A stretch of 64,000 bases of DNA from NCBI RefSeq assembly GCF_009914755.1, contig NC_060934.1. One strand, 5' to 3'. The stretch is from the human T2T-CHM13v2.0 reference genome, Homo sapiens. The notes beneath the pieces are model-generated. The model ran no database searches. It was not told where the DNA came from and saw nothing but the letters and a program-made list of their open reading frames with translations. Of the stretch, positions 58,791-64,000 are shown piece after piece. Each line of letters begins with the position of its first letter. Within the stretch, counting starts at the first letter, position 1. A program made the position numbers and the translations under genes.

Positions 58791-59365
58791 TATTTTTTTA
58801 ATTTTGAAATTTTAAATGCAGCAGATTGCCAGGAAATAGCTGTCAAATGATACGAGTGTGATTTGGAAGATAATCTAGAAAGACTTCTTGGCAAGTATCT
58901 TAAGTTTTTGTTGACTTTCAAGAAATGAAGGCTGGAAATGAAGGCTGATGCATTAACAGGTGTAGTTAATGCATGAAGGATGACATGAGACTCCAGTCAG
59001 TCAACCAGAGCTCAAAAAATCTGCAGTGCCAGGTCCTCAAAAGATGGGCCAAGGAATATGCATTTAAGTGACAATAAAACACGGCCTATGCATAACCCTG
59101 TAAAACTTCCTTTAACTAGCTTTTACGATGACCTGCTGGTCCTATTGATGTTCCGTCAGAGGCTTTCTCTCTCTGTCCAGGAGAATGACCTTTCAGACAG
59201 GATTGGAAGAAAGGACACACAAGGGAGCACCCACCCAGGCCAAGGGTTGAAGGGGCCAGGGCCCACTGATTGAGAAGGTATGGTGACAGCCAGATCTTCC
59301 GCCAAAAAGTTAAGCCTACACGGCCCTCTGAGCTGAGGGTCCCTCCCCACTGGGGGCCCCCTTAC

Positions 59366-59521
59366 CTGTGCATTTCAGTAGGGTTTCCTTTAGCTCCCGT
59401 TTCTCTTTCCGGAGCTGAGCCAGGTGCCCCCGGATTTCTTCCTTCTTCTTTTCAAGCCTCTCCTTCTCCTCTGTGTACCGCTTCACCTCAGCTTCTGTCC
59501 GATTCTTGCCAAGCTTGATCT
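59366..59521 (-). CDS. AFAP1L2: AFAP1L2 exon, coiled coil (EIKLGKNRTEAEVKRYTEEKERLE...LLKCT)
   Basis: tctgtag acceptor, G|gtaag donor, 156 nt, phase 1-1; AFAP-family GKNR.EA motif. Confidence 0.96.
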
Positions 59522-59702
59522 CTACAGACCCAGAGAGGGAAGCCCCAGGTAAGCAGAGCTGGATCATGAGGGCTGTCCCCAGTCTACTCCCCAGGCTCGG
59601 ATAGAACCTGGGGCTTTGGCACAAAGCCCTGCTAGGCTGGATGCCAGACCTGGACAGGTCCCTCTACCTCTCTGAACTTGTTTCCTAATCTGAAAACGAT
59701 GG

Positions 59703-60264
59703 TGTGATGGTTAATATTGAATGTCAACTTGATTGGATTGAAGGATGCAAAGTATTGTTGCTGGGTGTGTCTGTGAGCGTGTTGCCAAAGGAGATTAACA
59801 TTTGAATCAGTGGACTGGGAGAGGCAGACCCGCTCTCAGTCTGGGTGGGCACCACCTAATCAGCTGCCAGCATGGCTAGAATAAAGCAGGCAGAAGAACA
59901 TGGAAGGACTTGACTTGCTGAGTCTTCCCCAGCCTTCATCTTTCTCCTGTGCTGGATGCTTCCTGCCCTTGAACATCAGACTCCAAGTTCTTCAGCTTTT
60001 GGACTCTTAGACTTACACCAGTGATTTGCCAGGGGCTCTCGGGCCTTTGGCCACAGACTGAAGGCTGCACTGTCGGCTTCCCTACTTTTGAGGCTTTGGG
60101 ACTTGGACTGATCCACCACTGGCTTCCTTGCTCCTCAACTTGCAGAAGGCCTATCGTGGGACTTGACCTTGTGATCGTGTGAGTCAATTCTCCTTAATAA
60201 ACGCCCTTTCATATATACATCTATCCTATTAGTTCTGTCCCTCTAGAGAACCCTGACTAATACA
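59703..60264 (+). mobile_element. Intact ERVL solo LTR, MLT2A family
   Basis: TG...CA ends (tgtgatggttaatattgaatgtcaacttgattggattgaagg...ccctgactaataca); perfect 5-bp TSD gatgg at 59698-59702 and 60265-60269; AATAAA at 60196. Confidence 0.93.
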
Positions 60265-60299
60265 GATGGAATCGGGCTAACTTCCCCAAGCACAAGTAC

Positions 60300-60468
60300 C
60301 TGCACTGGTCACGCGCAACCTGTCCTTCACAGGTGGGCTGGCACCAGGTGGGGTGGCCACCACGGCATCCGGGCAGCTCGGTGGGAAGGAGATTCTCTGC
60401 TGTTCCGTCTGGATTTTGACGGTGGTGATTCTCAGGGAAGGATCCTCTGGCTCCAAACTCTCCAGCTG
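60300..60468 (-). CDS. AFAP1L2: AFAP1L2 exon (QLESLEPEDPSLRITTVK...RVTSA)
   Basis: ttcccccaaag acceptor (tandem AAGCAG), G|gtactt donor, 169 nt. Confidence 0.92.
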
Positions 60469-60551
60469 CTTTGGGGGAAAGCAGACCTGACTCAGCTGGC
60501 TGAAGGGGCGCAGGAAGGTGGTCTTGCTGTCCTGCAGGGGAGGGCCTGTAC

Positions 60552-60797
60552 CTGTTCTCCCAGGTTCTCTGGACACTTTATGCAGGGCTCATCTGGGGTG
60601 GGACCTGGGCCTGAGTCTGCCGGGAGGGCCTCAGTTGCATTGTCCAGGCAGGACAACGTCGGGGAGGAGGCCTGGGCCTGTGCACTGCTGGGGCCATGCA
60701 GAAAGGACTTGACAGGTGTGAGGTCCAGGTACACCCGGTCAGATTCTCTCTCATTTGGGTCATCTGCAACAGGGGTGGCTTCCTCGGTAGGCTCCAC
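60552..60797 (-). CDS. AFAP1L2: AFAP1L2 exon (VEPTEEATP...RVYLDLTP...ENLGEQ)
   Basis: ctctcctgcag acceptor, CAG|gtacag donor, 246 nt, phase 0-0. Confidence 0.94.
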
Positions 60798-61460
60798 CTG
60801 CAGGAGAGAGTGAGTCTGGGGCATTCAACATTACCTCTACTCCCTCAGCTGTGGAGGGGGTACCAGCCCTGCCTCACAGTTCTGGTGCCCATCTCACAGT
60901 GTTCCAAGAGATCTCCCTCCCTGCTGGGGGGGCCACTGGCTGAGTCCTAGATATGTCACTCGAGGTGGAAGACCCAGACAGAGCACTTAACTTCCCTGAA
61001 CCTTATTTCCTCATCTGTAAAGAGGAAAAGAGCAGCATCTTCCCATAAGGTGGTTAGGATTCAAGGAGATCATCTGCAGGAGGTCCTCAGCTCAGCACAG
61101 GGTTCAGTGCCCAAAACGTGGAAGTTGCCATCGGTGTGATCATCCCACTCAACAACCGATTTGGACCTGGAAGCCTACTGGTACCTCCACTCCCAATCCC
61201 ACCACCACACCCCTAGCCCTGACGAGAGGGGTTCACCGGTGTTTCATCTAGATAAGTCCCCAAGCCAAGCAAACTGCACAGCCTCACATATAGGAGACAG
61301 CCTTGTTGCACTTAGGTGTCTGCACTACTGGCCTGGTAGGTGACTCAGAACCCACTCATCTCATCTCAGGGATACTCTAATGATCTCTGGCATCCAGGTG
61401 TTGAGGTTGGTAGGAGGAGGGCCTGGAGAGGCCCAGGCCACTGCCTGGCCGGGTCCTTAC

Positions 61461-61572
61461 CGCAGCTGTGAGCTCTGACAGGTCCACGTCGTCATACAGC
61501 TCCTCCTGGCGGTCCTGGCTAGGCAGGCCATCGATGTAAGTGTTGGGCTCTGAGAACTTTCTCTGCATCAGT
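61461..61572 (-). CDS. AFAP1L2: AFAP1L2 exon (LLMQRKFSEPNTYIDGLPSQDRQEELYDDVDLSELTAA)
   Basis: gtttccag acceptor, GCG|gtaag donor, 112 nt; YDDV SH2-type motif. Confidence 0.95.
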
Positions 61573-62445
61573 CTGGAAACAGGGCGAGGTGGCACACATG
61601 AAGCAGCCGGGGCAGGGTGGTGAAAGCACCAGACTCCAAGGATTCCCAGTGAGTAGTGGTTGCCGTGAAAGTGGTGGCCACACAAGAGATCTGGGGGCTG
61701 ACACTCACCTCCATGGATCTGAGGGCACCTCCTCCCTCTTTTCCCAGTGCCTTCTTCCTGAAATTCTTGGTTCGAGATTTTCCTCCCAGAAAGACAAGCT
61801 TCCCTTGCCCATACGCCTCGTCCTAGGATCCCTTTGCCATCTTCTCCCCCATTCCTCCCTTCTAGGATCTCCTTCCAGCAACCACAACAAAAAACCCCTT
61901 CTCATTTCATCTTCACAATACACTTGGGGTGGCGCAGGCCAGACACTATCCCCGTTTGGTCCATGAGAAAACTGATTCTGTTTCAGTGGCTCAGCCGGCT
62001 TCCACGAGACTGGCTCTACCACCCTGACCAGAGAACGCCCTCTCCCTCAGCCCTAGTTTGCTCATCTGGAAACAGAAGCACCACCCCCTGACCTGCTTTT
62101 CTCCAGGGTGTGCTGGAGACCCAGTGAGGGATTCACCAGAAGGACAAGTAGGAGGTCAGGAAAGGTGACAGCTCTGCCTGGAGGAGCTGGAGAGTCTAAC
62201 TGCCTCTGAGGATGCCAAAGCTGCCCCCGGGGCCCGAAGCCTGGCTCGGCTCCTTGCTCTTAGCTCAGCTCCTGGCTCTTGGCCGGGCCTCCCTGAGGGC
62301 TACTCCTTGGCTTCACATTTTCCTGCTGCTGGGCAGAGTGGGGTGGGACCCTGTGCTCCCTGCTGCCCCTGACTCTGGCTGACCCAGGGCCTACAGCATG
62401 GCCAGGAATAAGAGAGTGTACGGAGGAAGGGTCCAAATTACTCAC

Positions 62446-62591
62446 AAGAGAGAGTTTTTGGCCGCACTCACAATACAGGAGACCCTATCGGCATCCACAT
62501 AGTCGTAGGTGAACTCTTCTGGGTCTGTCTTGGAGCCTGACTCAGAGAGCAGGAGACCCAGCCAGTGGCCCATTTCCTCGGAAGACTTGGC
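62446..62591 (-). CDS. AFAP1L2: AFAP1L2 exon, end of second PH domain (AKSSEEMGHWLGLLL...TYDYVDAD...KNSL)
   Basis: cgttccag acceptor, TT|gtgagt donor, 146 nt; PH C-terminal helix with conserved W; gene continues beyond the window. Confidence 0.95.
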
Positions 62592-63417
62592 CTGGAACGA
62601 GGCCAAGAGAGACATAAGCAGGGCCAGGCAGTGCTGCCTGGTGCCAGCCCCTCCCCACCAGGCCATGACCGTACCCCTACCCCTGAGCCTGCCCACGAAA
62701 GCCTCTGTAACAGCCCGGGGCTGTGCTTCTCCTGTTCACCAGCCTATCCCACCCCCCAGTGGCCCCAGATAATATTTCCTGTCGTCAGTGACATCTTGAT
62801 GCCACCTCAATAATGCTGTGGACTTTTGTCCCAAGGGCCATATGAGATGTATATACACTGTGTTTCTAGGAGGTGAAAACTTATCACCAGGTGGTCACTA
62901 TTAAAAACTGTTAGTGACCACCTGTTAATTAATAGTTTTTAAAATGATTAAAAAATTGTATGTCTTTTAAGTTGACACTTGTATTTTATGAACAATGCAT
63001 GTCATTCCCCCAATCCCATATACAACAAGACTTCCTGGATCCCCAAGAAATAACAACATTCAAATTTATTTTGTTCATGGCTTCAGTAAAGTCGGGACAT
63101 CTTTTAAATACCTTACACTAGCTCAGCTGCTAAATCATCATCAAAATCCCAGTGAATTTGGTATTTTTTTTTCCAGGGGACAATGCATTCTAATCAAATG
63201 CATCCATTGGGTACCTCAATTAAAATGTCCACACTGTTTCTTACCTTTATAATGAGAAAAAACTGCCCATTTAATCAAAGCTATAGGTTTATTTTGATGA
63301 GGAAAATCAGCCCCCTTTGGTATAACCCATAGCTCCATCACGTTTGCTGCTACATTCTCTTCATCAAAGAGGCCGTGATGAGCAGAATTTGACATTTAGT
63401 TGGTTTCCTTTTCCCAG

Positions 63418-63713
<296 letters not shown>

Positions 63714-64000
63714 CCCACTTAGTTTCAACTGGATTCTAAATACAGCTTTTCATGGGCCTCCCCTAGTCCAGGCTGCGTCTCTGCCCTGGACAGCTGCGAC
63801 AGCTTCCTAGCAGGTCCCTTCTTGCCCCCTCCGATCCACTCCCACCCCAGTAGCTGGAGGAAGCATCTCAAAACCCCGATCTGAGCTTGCCGCCCTCCCC
63901 TGAAAGCCATCAGGGCTCCGTTGCTCCTAGGATCAAGCCCTGTCCCTCCCGCTCCAGCCTGTCACCCAGACCCCAGTACAAGTCTATAGCACCCTCCCCA

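Overview
Human-type genomic DNA rich in Alu, L1, L2 and MIR repeats. From protein recognition, this is the VWA2-AFAP1L2 locus (chr10q25.3 by recollection). The + strand carries all 13 coding exons of VWA2 (AMACO), 8341-51345. I joined them by hand through GT-AG junctions into a 2268-nt CDS (755 aa: signal peptide, VWA1, Cys-rich, EGF1, VWA2, VWA3, EGF2); the presumed non-coding first exon and promoter were not found and probably lie upstream. The - strand carries the last 8 coding exons and 3' UTR of AFAP1L2 (XB130), convergent with VWA2, with poly(A) signals about 370 bp apart. VWA2 intron 1 holds an AURKA processed pseudogene with a 5' inversion (twin-priming structure) and two later Alu insertions. 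I found no new multi-gene system. The most notable items are the inverted retrocopy, a possible frameshifted remnant of an RGD-containing C-terminal tail of VWA2, alternative VWA2 C-termini, an inverted Alu pair in the VWA2 3' UTR, a ~600-bp pyrimidine tract, a 28-bp VNTR, a local MIR-junction duplication and an intact MLT2A solo LTR antisense in AFAP1L2. Repeat subfamily calls and repeat boundaries are by eye and approximate. VWA2 exon numbers assume one upstream non-coding exon.
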